From the IMG/VR virus record IMGVR_UViG_3300020551_000015, positions 1 to 29,097 of that record: a stretch of DNA of 29,097 nucleotides, one strand, 5' to 3'. Under the pieces are notes generated by a model, which saw only the letters and a program-made list of their open reading frames with translations, was not told where the DNA came from and ran no database searches. Every line of letters begins with the position of its first letter. Position 1 is the stretch's first letter. This DNA is from a virus (taxonomy: Duplodnaviria; Caudoviricetes). Below are positions 7,887 to 16,663 of this stretch, piece after piece. Made by a program: the position numbers and the translations under genes.

Positions 7887-10233
7887 TTTTTATTTAGGTA
7901 GTTTTGTCAATACGCAAGTAGATTATTCGGACAATAGTGCGAATGAGCAGACTATCTTTATCAAGATTACAAATACTGCCGAGGATGATGAGACAGAGGT
8001 ACAGCTAGAGACAGCCGATGCCCCTGTGGTATTTCAGACCGTTGACAACTCAGAGGATAAATTTACCGTCATTAAGAGTAAGAGCTGCAGACTAAGGGTT
8101 TTTACTAATGATGATGTCAATGCCATGACCTTTGCTGGTGGTGGCGATAATCAATATAAAGTAGAGATTGCGGTCGGTACAGACACAGAGATAGTGTTTA
8201 CTGGCTGGCTTTCTATTTCGGACTTGGGGCAGACCTTTCAGCCTGACCCCAATGTCTTAGAGCTAATAGCCACAGATGGCATAGCTTTTTTAAGAGATTT
8301 ACCTTTAACAGATAACGAGGGAAGATACTTAACTGGTCCGCATCCGTTGATAAAATATATTAGCTGGTGCTTAGAAAAGACTGGGCTGCAATTGCCTATC
8401 TGGGTGGAAATGAATCTACTTGAGGTCTTAGCTACATACGATGCGCCTGCTGACCATTTTTACAATATGCTTTACCTAAATGCTCAGACTTTTGAAACGA
8501 GCATAGGAGAGCTTGAGAACTGCTATTCAGTACTTGAAAAGATACTTAAAGAGTTTTGCGATATCAGCCAGCAAAAGAATGTCTGGTTTATCCGTTCTAC
8601 CGATGAGGCTGGTTATGCGATAAAGAGGGTATGTAAGTTCGACTATACAGGCGAGCCTATTGCCTTTGATGCGCCACTTTTGGTCAAAGATATTGGAGCT
8701 GAGTATGACATGGCCTTTATGAACGATGATGCCAGGTTAAGCCTGCAAAGGCCCTACAAAGCGGTTAAGCATACGTTTGACTATAACTATCCAGCCGAGA
8801 TAGTCCAAAACATAGATTTTGAGAGAGGTGAGGAGGTTGAAGCTCCCGATCCTACTGCCCCAACCTCTACCGGGGTTTATAGACCAGAGGGATGGGTATT
8901 AGCAAGAGCTGGGGATGGCACAGGTGGGGTCTGGTTGGACCTTTATCAACAAGCAGGAGCCAGAGGGGAGCTGATTAAGGAGTTTGAGTATGGCTACGAA
9001 AAGGAGAGATATTTTGTAGTCGAGCATGAGGATGTAACTGGTACTGACTTTATTCACTACCTAAAAAGTACACCTTTTTATGTTCAAAAAGGGGATAGAC
9101 TGCAAATCTCTGTCGATGTTGGTCAAGATGTCAATATAAACACAATCAACCCAGTCCATGTTTGGCTTGAGGCCGATACTAATTACTATACATGGCAATA
9201 TGATAACACAAACCCATCGGCAATCGTTAACCAATGGGTAAGCAAGCCCAAGCCGTTAACAGCTGCAATATCAAGCAATCCTTTTACAGAAATGTGGAGG
9301 ACTAATCTTGATAGTGCTTTAGACCCAACTGATGAGCTGCCTAAGTACACAAACATGACCTCAGAGTTAGAGGTGCCAGCGGATGGCCGAATCTGGGTTC
9401 GTTTGGCAGTAAACTTTAACATATTTGCCCCTATTTACTTTAACAATTTAAGCATAAACCTAACCCCTCGGGTAAATGGCTCTTATGCTAAATATAAAGG
9501 GCAGCAGCATATCTCCGAGCAGCAAGTAGATAACATGGCTGTCAGGGATGAGACGGTGTTTATGTCGGATGCTCCCAGAATCGAAATGAAAGGGGCTTTG
9601 CTTTTGACAGAGTTAGGGGAAACCTTGTATTCTGGCAATGCAGTCTTTGCGGCTGGCAATGGGGTTAATTTAGATGGCTTTTATACCCCATACTTTAACA
9701 TCAACGACTATATTGAGGTAAGCAATACTAGCTTAAATAATGGCAAGTATCGAATCGTAGCGGTAGAGTACTCGCTTATCCCTAATAAGACCATCTTAAC
9801 CTTTGCCGAGCCAACAGTAAGTGAAACTGATGCTTCGACAACTATTAAGGGCTTTAATTATTTGCTATCTGGCAACTTTTACGACTCAATAGAGTTTCAA
9901 GGTAGCCCTCCCCAAGAGGACCAGTTACCTTATGGCCAACATCAGAACCAAGCGGTCTGGAATCAATACAATCGAGTCTTTACAGCCTTTGAGGCTACTG
10001 TGGATGGATTAGACACCGACAAGACTTATGATGGTGAACCAGATTTGCCAGATTTACTACATTTGTATAGGCAAAAAGATGCGCACCCAGCTACCACAAA
10101 CAAAGGTTTTAAGCTGCTACATTACGAGCAAGATACCGATAACTGCGAATGGGGTCTTTATATGATTGAGGTGGTAGATTCTACCATCCCTAAGTCTTAT
10201 GATGGTCATTCGTTCAAATATATACAAGAATGA
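7879..10233 (+). CDS. Tail tip / baseplate hub structural protein
   Basis: 784 aa, acidic, beta-rich and aromatic-rich, directly after the tape measure; no signal peptide. Confidence 0.65.
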   Translation: MANFYLGSFVNTQVDYSDNSANEQTIFIKITNTAEDDETEVQLETADAPVVFQTVDNSEDKFTVIKSKSCRLRVFTNDDVNAMTFAGGGDNQYKVEIAVGTDTEIVFTGWLSISDLGQTFQPDPNVLELIATDGIAFLRDLPLTDNEGRYLTGPHPLIKYISWCLEKTGLQLPIWVEMNLLEVLATYDAPADHFYNMLYLNAQTFETSIGELENCYSVLEKILKEFCDISQQKNVWFIRSTDEAGYAIKRVCKFDYTGEPIAFDAPLLVKDIGAEYDMAFMNDDARLSLQRPYKAVKHTFDYNYPAEIVQNIDFERGEEVEAPDPTAPTSTGVYRPEGWVLARAGDGTGGVWLDLYQQAGARGELIKEFEYGYEKERYFVVEHEDVTGTDFIHYLKSTPFYVQKGDRLQISVDVGQDVNINTINPVHVWLEADTNYYTWQYDNTNPSAIVNQWVSKPKPLTAAISSNPFTEMWRTNLDSALDPTDELPKYTNMTSELEVPADGRIWVRLAVNFNIFAPIYFNNLSINLTPRVNGSYAKYKGQQHISEQQVDNMAVRDETVFMSDAPRIEMKGALLLTELGETLYSGNAVFAAGNGVNLDGFYTPYFNINDYIEVSNTSLNNGKYRIVAVEYSLIPNKTILTFAEPTVSETDASTTIKGFNYLLSGNFYDSIEFQGSPPQEDQLPYGQHQNQAVWNQYNRVFTAFEATVDGLDTDKTYDGEPDLPDLLHLYRQKDAHPATTNKGFKLLHYEQDTDNCEWGLYMIEVVDSTIPKSYDGHSFKYIQE

Positions 10234-10925
10234 ACGATGGTAAAGTAGTAAGGGGGTCCAGCATGATAGCCTCGATAAAGGTTAACGATGCCTATTATCC
10301 TGTCTTTTGTGCTAAGTCTTGCTCGTTTGAAATGAGCAATGAGATTATAAACAGGACCTCTGTCAATGATGGTTTATTCCCTAAAAGGAGGGTTAGGAGG
10401 ACTGAATGGTCCGGCTCTGCCTCTGGGGTCATGGTTACTAATAACGACTCGAACCGATATAGCCCATTTTACTTTTTACAAGATTCTGTTAGAACAAGTG
10501 TTTTGGATTGGCAGTTTGAGTTTACCAATCTTGATGGCGAAATAAAAACTATTGAGGGTCAAGCATTAATACAAAACTTGCCAATAACTGGTGATGTGCA
10601 GTCATTTGTACAGACAACGATAAATATCATCGGGACCGGTGCTTTCACAGTAGATGCAAGCCCATCTGTTACAGATGTGGACTCAGATTACTGGACTACG
10701 GTAGCTGGTCAAAATTATGTCAACGGATTGTCGGTTACTGGCAAAACAATGGTAGGTAAAACGATTTTGGCTATTGCTAGAGAGGGTCTTATTTACGATC
10801 CTATCACTACTGGCACACCTACTAATCGTGAGGCATTGTTTGATAGTGCTTTAGGCAAGATAACCTTTGATGCAAATATACCTTTTAATCCGGGCGAGAC
10901 TGTCTGGGCTATGTGGAAAAACTAA
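10230..10925 (+). CDS. Second tail-tube-like protein with a C-terminal accessory domain
   Basis: N-terminal ~140 aa (CAKSCSFEM..E.I..T....W.GSASG...G.ALI..L.I.G......T.NI.GTG) looks like a tail tube fold; the C-terminal ~80 aa is paralogous to the next ORF. Confidence 0.6.
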   Translation: MNDGKVVRGSSMIASIKVNDAYYPVFCAKSCSFEMSNEIINRTSVNDGLFPKRRVRRTEWSGSASGVMVTNNDSNRYSPFYFLQDSVRTSVLDWQFEFTNLDGEIKTIEGQALIQNLPITGDVQSFVQTTINIIGTGAFTVDASPSVTDVDSDYWTTVAGQNYVNGLSVTGKTMVGKTILAIAREGLIYDPITTGTPTNREALFDSALGKITFDANIPFNPGETVWAMWKN

Positions 10926-11176
10926 TGATTACTAAAAAGTCATATACCCCAACGGCTGGCACGCATATCATTACTGATAGCTCATTAGTAAATATCAAAA
11001 TGCTAATGGTAGCCAGAGAGGGCAATACTTATGACATTATCCGATCTAACAATGATATCCAACTAGATTACAGAGAAGTTAGATATTCGGCTGCCAATGG
11101 TGAGCTGGTTTTTGATGTAAATATCCCATTTAACCCTAACGAAATAATCAATATAGTCTATGATACGATTCCTTAG
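10925..11176 (+). CDS. Small tail-associated protein, paralogue of the upstream gene's C-terminal domain
   Basis: TAATG stop/start overlap at 10923-10927; shares AREG..YD.I...RE....A.G...FD.NIPFNP.E with 10230-10925. Confidence 0.7.
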   Translation: MITKKSYTPTAGTHIITDSSLVNIKMLMVAREGNTYDIIRSNNDIQLDYREVRYSAANGELVFDVNIPFNPNEIINIVYDTIP

Positions 11177-14100
11177 TCTTATTTTACTTATGACATTAAG
11201 CATTGTAGCAAATGCTCAGGCTCCTAGTAACTATACAAATATCAATGGCCGCTACCGCTGGATAGCTGGTATGTTTGATTCGACCTTTCATATCCCAAAG
11301 GGTACAACCCCAAGTCTAAGAACAGGTGGCTCTACCAATCCGGGGGCTATCTTTTACAATACTACCGATTCAAGTGTTTATACTTATACTGGTACGCAAT
11401 GGATAAAGCTGAGAGGTAGTATAAACCCATCAGATACCACAAATAAATATGTAACCCAAGTCTATAAAAAGACTGGGTCCGATTCTATATTTTATGTCAA
11501 AGGTGGTTCACACATTTTTGCCTTTATTGATTCGGTAGGGTCAGGAGGCGGTGGTGGAGGCGGTGGTGGTAAAATCTACTACTTCAATGGTGGGGTGTCA
11601 ATGGGTACTTTTGGCGGCTTTACTATGTATGAGCTAGGAGATACTGCTGTAACAAGTACCGCTGCTAACTTTACACGATCTACAAATGGCAATATAGCAA
11701 ACTTTATTACAGACCCCGGTAAGCCAGGTTTATTGAGTATCCCTGCTGGTGTTTGGACTATTGATGCCTATCTTAGTGAAACAGGCGGAGGTTCTAATAA
11801 TGCCGAGATATATGTTCAAGTAGAAAAGTGGGATGGCTCTACAATAACAACGATAGCCACATCTCCTATTGAGCAAATTACTAATGGAAATGTCATTGAT
11901 CTATACACTTGGTCAGTTTCTATTCCTACGACAAGTCTGGCAATTACTGACCGTATTATCATACAATTTTACATCCAAAATACAAATGGTAAGACCGTTA
12001 CTTTATACACTCAGAATGGATTAGTTGGTGAGGTGCATACAACCTTTACTACTGGTATCGGTGCTTTGAATGGCCTTACGGCTGCATCCCAGTTTTTTGC
12101 CACAGGCACATCTGGTACGGACTTTAACATAGCATCAGCAACAGCCACTCATACTTTCAATCTTCCTACCGCCTCAGCTACTAATAGAGGTGCTTTAAGC
12201 TCGGCTGATTGGACCGCCTTTAATAACAAAGGGTCTGTTAGTTCAGTAGCCACAAATAATGCCACAGGCATAACTGGGGGAACAATTACTACAACCGGAA
12301 CCCTAGCCATTGATACTACTGTTATCTCTACTCGTTTGTGGAGGCAAAAAGGTATCGATTCGGTGCAGTCTAATCTGACAGCGGGTTTGGCCTTAAAGGT
12401 CAATATCTCAGATACAGCATCAATGCTTTTACCTTATTTGCGTAAAGCAGATACAACGGCTATGCTCAGTCCTTATTTGAGGGCTATTGATACGGCATCA
12501 CTGAGCAATAGAATAAATCTCAAAGTCAATATTAGCGACACAGCAAGCATGCTCAGCCCGTATCTTAGAAAGGTTGACACAGCTTCCCTCAGCAATAGAA
12601 TAAATACCAAGCTTAATATATCCGATACAGCCACAATGCTCGGCAACTATCTCAACAATGTAGGCTATGGACTGACAAAAGCCAGTCAAGTCGTATCGGC
12701 TGACTCAGCGACCTTATCCGCTTATTATTTGCGTAGAAAGGACTCGTTGACCTCTACTAATTTACTTGGCTATGTAACCAGAACGGTCCTAGCTGACTCA
12801 GCTGCTGCTATTAGAGCTGGTTCAGGTACTATTAGTGGTTCTGGAACAACAAACAGAATATCTAAATTTACCGCCTCTGGAACTATTGGAAATTCATCTA
12901 TTGCGGATTCTAGCAGTTCGGTTGCAATGACTATTTTAAGTAACGGCAATATTGGCATCAATAGAACTGCCCCAAGCGAGCGATTGGAAATAGTCGGAAC
13001 TTCTCGCTTTACCAGAACAACATCCCCAAGTGTGCATCTTAATATTAGTATGGAAAATGGATTTGCTGAATATGATGCGAGAGGGTCAATAGATCACGTA
13101 TGGGAAAATAGCGGAGTCGAAAGAATGAGATTGACTCTTGGTGGCAATTTAGGTATTGGAACCGCATCTCCAGACTCAATGTTAACGGTATTAGAGGGGG
13201 CTAGATTCCAAAGAGGTGTTAGGATGTCAGGACTTCCCTCAGCACCCGGCACAAGAGCTTTGAGAATAGATGCCAATGGTACTTTATCAGTCGCTGATAC
13301 TACCACAGGTGGAGGAGGTATCTCAGGCTCAGGCACTACAAACTACATACCTAAGTTTACAAGTTCAAGTGCAATAGGAAATAGTAATTTACAAACTGAT
13401 GCATCGGGAAATGTTGGTTTAGGAGTAACACCGAGTGCATGGGGAAGCAATTACAAAGTTTTAGAAAGTGGTAATGGCTCAAATGGAGTAGGTGGCGCAT
13501 TAGCATTTTTTAATACTGGAACGAATGGGGCTATTTTGTATTCAAATGCTTATAATAATAATACAAATGATATTTATTCATATACTGCCCCAGCTGCTAA
13601 ATTTGCTATAGAAAATAATCTTTATAAATGGTTTCAGGCTGCACAAGGAACCGCTGGCAATAATATCACATTTACTCAGGCAATGACTTTAGATGCTTCG
13701 GGAAATCTAAATGTAGGAACAACTACCAGCGCAAGTAAAGTAAACGTATCAAATAAATTAAGATTATGGGATACTACACCAACTGGCGCAGGTGGGTCTA
13801 ACGTAATGGGTTATATGTTTAATACCTCTAGTGTACCAGCTGGAACATTTATTGAGGATGTTGGCACTGGTATAATTTTAAGTATGGGTGTTAATTCAGT
13901 ACAAAGTGGTTCAAGGACTACATCGGTAGTTGGTGGACTTTTTAGAATGGATACACGTTCTACGCAACAAGAATTTACAGTAATAGGAGTTCCGACAGGT
14001 GGTTCAACAGAAAGTCAAAGATTAGGAGTAAATCTACAAAATGGTAACACTATATTAGCACCGGTTGCGGGTAATGTTGGTGTTGGAATTTCGGCTTATG

Positions 14101-15104
14101 CTACAATGGGTAGCAAACTTCAAGTCAACGGTAACGCAGCTATCGGCTACTCAGCCTCTACTGCTGCTCCAACAAATGGATTAGCGGTAAGTGGTGATAT
14201 GGGTATTGGAACTGCTTCCCCAAGCAAATATAATCATGGTGGTACAAATAGATTTTTAGAAATATACAATACTGCGACGTCGGCAGATGCTCAAGCGCAT
14301 TTATTATTATCGACAGGAGCAAGTGCAAATACTGGCTCAATAGGTTCTGTTACTTTTGCTTTACCAAATACGGCTGGAGCAGAAAAACGAGGTGCTATCA
14401 TTCAAGGTTTAATCGATGCCAATAGTTCAACAAGTGCCAATGTTAGATTAGAGTTCCTTACTGCAAATGCTGGCTCTTTAGATACAAGAATGTTAATCAC
14501 ACCAGCTGGAAATATATTTATAGGAAATGGAACTGTCGCAGCTTCCCCAGCAACCGCAATAATCTCAGGCACAGGAGGTACAGGTACAAACGTAGCAGGA
14601 GCAGAATTTAGAATAAGAGGGGGTGCTTCTACGGGTAGTGGTGCTGGAGGACCAATTACTTTTTATACTGCCGCAGCAGGAGCAAGTGGTACAACTGTAA
14701 GAGCCGCAACAGAGGTGGGTAGATTTACAAGTGCTGGAGATTTTGGTATTGGCACAACTACTCCCAATAGTAAATTGCACGTTGCTGGTTCTGTACGACT
14801 TCCCATAACAACCAAAACCACTACTTATACTTTAGATGCTACGGATTACACAGTAGTATTTAACCTTAATGGAAACGCAACGGCAAATCTGCCTGATGCT
14901 ACAACTATTCCTGGTCGTATTTATGTAATTAAAATCAATAGAACCAATGTCGGTGATACGTTAACAATTGACCCTAATGGCGCACAAACAATCGATGGTG
15001 CAGCTACTTTAGCGATACAATGTCAATATGCAGTTACTATACAAAGTGATGGAACTAACTGGCGAATAATTGGTGATTACGCACAAGGGATAAATTGTCT
15101 TTAA
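11160..15104 (+). CDS. Long tail fibre / adhesin-like protein with an N-terminal Sec signal peptide
   Basis: 1314 aa Gly/Thr/Ser-rich; repeated G.VGIGT..P...L.V.G fibre shaft motifs; N-terminus MIRFLSLILLMTLSIVANA/QAP; occupies the fibre position in the tail module. Confidence 0.8.
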   Translation: MIRFLSLILLMTLSIVANAQAPSNYTNINGRYRWIAGMFDSTFHIPKGTTPSLRTGGSTNPGAIFYNTTDSSVYTYTGTQWIKLRGSINPSDTTNKYVTQVYKKTGSDSIFYVKGGSHIFAFIDSVGSGGGGGGGGGKIYYFNGGVSMGTFGGFTMYELGDTAVTSTAANFTRSTNGNIANFITDPGKPGLLSIPAGVWTIDAYLSETGGGSNNAEIYVQVEKWDGSTITTIATSPIEQITNGNVIDLYTWSVSIPTTSLAITDRIIIQFYIQNTNGKTVTLYTQNGLVGEVHTTFTTGIGALNGLTAASQFFATGTSGTDFNIASATATHTFNLPTASATNRGALSSADWTAFNNKGSVSSVATNNATGITGGTITTTGTLAIDTTVISTRLWRQKGIDSVQSNLTAGLALKVNISDTASMLLPYLRKADTTAMLSPYLRAIDTASLSNRINLKVNISDTASMLSPYLRKVDTASLSNRINTKLNISDTATMLGNYLNNVGYGLTKASQVVSADSATLSAYYLRRKDSLTSTNLLGYVTRTVLADSAAAIRAGSGTISGSGTTNRISKFTASGTIGNSSIADSSSSVAMTILSNGNIGINRTAPSERLEIVGTSRFTRTTSPSVHLNISMENGFAEYDARGSIDHVWENSGVERMRLTLGGNLGIGTASPDSMLTVLEGARFQRGVRMSGLPSAPGTRALRIDANGTLSVADTTTGGGGISGSGTTNYIPKFTSSSAIGNSNLQTDASGNVGLGVTPSAWGSNYKVLESGNGSNGVGGALAFFNTGTNGAILYSNAYNNNTNDIYSYTAPAAKFAIENNLYKWFQAAQGTAGNNITFTQAMTLDASGNLNVGTTTSASKVNVSNKLRLWDTTPTGAGGSNVMGYMFNTSSVPAGTFIEDVGTGIILSMGVNSVQSGSRTTSVVGGLFRMDTRSTQQEFTVIGVPTGGSTESQRLGVNLQNGNTILAPVAGNVGVGISAYATMGSKLQVNGNAAIGYSASTAAPTNGLAVSGDMGIGTASPSKYNHGGTNRFLEIYNTATSADAQAHLLLSTGASANTGSIGSVTFALPNTAGAEKRGAIIQGLIDANSSTSANVRLEFLTANAGSLDTRMLITPAGNIFIGNGTVAASPATAIISGTGGTGTNVAGAEFRIRGGASTGSGAGGPITFYTAAAGASGTTVRAATEVGRFTSAGDFGIGTTTPNSKLHVAGSVRLPITTKTTTYTLDATDYTVVFNLNGNATANLPDATTIPGRIYVIKINRTNVGDTLTIDPNGAQTIDGAATLAIQCQYAVTIQSDGTNWRIIGDYAQGINCL
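12396..12653 (+). repeat. Protein-level tandem repeats in the fibre (KVNISDTASMLSPYLRK / DTASLSNRIN)
   Basis: Three (V/L)NISDTA(S/T)ML units plus ADTTAMLSPYLR, interspersed with two DTASLSNRIN units; the copies differ at synonymous codon positions. Confidence 0.85.
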
Positions 15105-15121
15105 TATAAAATAATATAAAA

Positions 15122-15520
15122 ATGAAACAAATCTTAACTATTTTTGTACTGCTTTGCTCTTTGTCAATCTCTGCTCAAGGTACTTTAAGTTCAACCGCTG
15201 GCACTATCAGCCCTACACAGCCCGATACCATTGTGGTCGTAAATGATGCCTTGCAAGTAGAGCCAGTTCTTATTAATGCCTTAACAAAAGACACTTGCTA
15301 TCAGATTATCTGGAATGTGCAAAATGTAACCAGAGATACTACGCAAGGATCGCCTTGTTATGTTAGTATGTTTGACAGAGGGGCTCGTAACTTTGGGCAA
15401 GTGTATTGTTACATCCCTAAAGAGGTTATTAATGCATGGGGAACTAGTAATACCATTATCGATGACTATGTTTTGGCCTACTTTGGTTTTCGAAGACGTG
15501 GAACTTCTAAATCTAAATAA
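15122..15520 (+). CDS. Secreted hypothetical protein after the fibre (possible fibre chaperone or tip)
   Basis: Signal peptide MKQILTIFVLLCSLSISA/QG; A-rich translation start region. Confidence 0.7.
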   Translation: MKQILTIFVLLCSLSISAQGTLSSTAGTISPTQPDTIVVVNDALQVEPVLINALTKDTCYQIIWNVQNVTRDTTQGSPCYVSMFDRGARNFGQVYCYIPKEVINAWGTSNTIIDDYVLAYFGFRRRGTSKSK

Positions 15521-15522
15521 AC

Positions 15523-15726
15523 ATGAAAAAACTACTGATTATCGCAGCCATTGGTCTTTTGTCTTTTACAACGCAAGAGCCTAAGACCGTAACATTAACC
15601 TTAACCGTAGAGGAGGTAAACCTTATCTACATGGGTCTTGGTGAGCTACCAGCTAAAGCAAGTGAGCAGCTTAGATACAAAATAGCCCAAGAGGCACAAA
15701 AACAACTGAACACAGAAAAAAAGTAA
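15523..15726 (+). CDS. Small helical protein with signal peptide (fibre-associated)
   Basis: MKKLLIIAAIGLLSF N-terminus; mature part LTLTVEEVNLI..GLGELP.K.....KI..EAQ resembles small ORFs that often follow phage fibre genes. Confidence 0.65.
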   Translation: MKKLLIIAAIGLLSFTTQEPKTVTLTLTVEEVNLIYMGLGELPAKASEQLRYKIAQEAQKQLNTEKK

Positions 15727-15729
15727 ACG

Positions 15730-15948
15730 ATGACACAGAGTTGGATGATATTTATTTTAGGCCAAGCCGCCACCTATGCAGTAGCCTTGATTAAGATTTG
15801 GAATGATAGCCAGGTAAAAATGGCCCGCATGGATGAGCGACTAAAGGTAGCAGAGGATAAGGATGAGACCTTATTTAAGAAACTCGACCACATATCTGTT
15901 CAACTGACTGAGTTGTCTATTCAATTATCAAATAAACAAGACAAATGA
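15730..15948 (+). CDS. Membrane-anchored coiled-coil protein (holin/antiholin or XhlA-like)
   Basis: One N-terminal hydrophobic segment plus a coiled coil; at the start of the lysis cassette. Confidence 0.55.
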   Translation: MTQSWMIFILGQAATYAVALIKIWNDSQVKMARMDERLKVAEDKDETLFKKLDHISVQLTELSIQLSNKQDK

Positions 15949-16169
15949 GTAACTTTCTGAATCTTGACTTACAAGACCTTACTAAGGGTTTTGTGGTAGC
16001 CTTTTTAAGTGCTACCTTGACTGGCATCGTGGCTATTTTAGAGACTAGCCAACTGCCTCAGTTATCGGATATCAAAGCCGCTGCCATCGTTGGTTTAACC
16101 GCTGGTCTGTCCTATTTGTTAAAGAATGTCCTGACTAATAGCCAAGGACAAATGCTAAAAAAAGACTGA
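15945..16169 (+). CDS. Putative holin
   Basis: 74 aa, two hydrophobic helices, charged C-terminus; upstream of spanin and endolysin. Confidence 0.7.
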   Translation: MSNFLNLDLQDLTKGFVVAFLSATLTGIVAILETSQLPQLSDIKAAAIVGLTAGLSYLLKNVLTNSQGQMLKKD

Positions 16170-16663
16170 TGCGTGTTTTTGTGTTGGCTGGGTTATTGCT
16201 CATCGGTTGCAATCCGGGTAAGCAACTATCTAAAGCAGAGGCAAGGCTGGCTCAGGCTGGCCGCCTCCCAGCTATTTGCGCTGAGAGATACCCGGTTAAA
16301 GACACGACCTACATTAAAGACACTTTGGTCCAGATAGACACCTTTCTGTCTGGGGAGTACATCTTTGACACAGCCCGAATCAATGATACCTTATACGAGG
16401 TTAAGTATAAACCCGTAGTCGTATATAAGACAAAATACATAACTAAAGTAGAAAGGGTTGAGGATGTAGCCAAGATAGAGGCTTTGAGGGCATCTGTAAG
16501 CCAATTAGAGGCTAATAGAGCCGCTTTATCGGTTCAGCTAGCAGAATATAAGGACAAGGCTGGAACCCGACTAAATTGGCTTATTTTGGTCTTATGCGCA
16601 GTCTTTGGGTTTGCTATTCGTAAGCCAGTCATGGCATTAATCAAATTCCACTTAAAATGGTAA
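16169..16663 (+). CDS. Putative unimolecular spanin (lipoprotein with C-terminal TM helix)
   Basis: Lipobox LLIG-C at Cys14, periplasmic beta plus coiled-coil region, C-terminal TM (WLILVLCAVFGFAI); adjacent to the endolysin. Confidence 0.7.
   Translation: MRVFVLAGLLLIGCNPGKQLSKAEARLAQAGRLPAICAERYPVKDTTYIKDTLVQIDTFLSGEYIFDTARINDTLYEVKYKPVVVYKTKYITKVERVEDVAKIEALRASVSQLEANRAALSVQLAEYKDKAGTRLNWLILVLCAVFGFAIRKPVMALIKFHLKW

Noticed and set aside
11540-11570. GGC/GGT/GGA run as a phase-variable simple repeat
   Set aside because: It encodes a poly-Gly linker with mixed codons, not a perfect slippage tract.
12396-12653. Possible CRISPR array or DGR template/variable repeat
   Set aside because: The repeats are in-frame protein repeats with synonymous, not adenine-specific, differences; no reverse transcriptase or cas genes are in the window.
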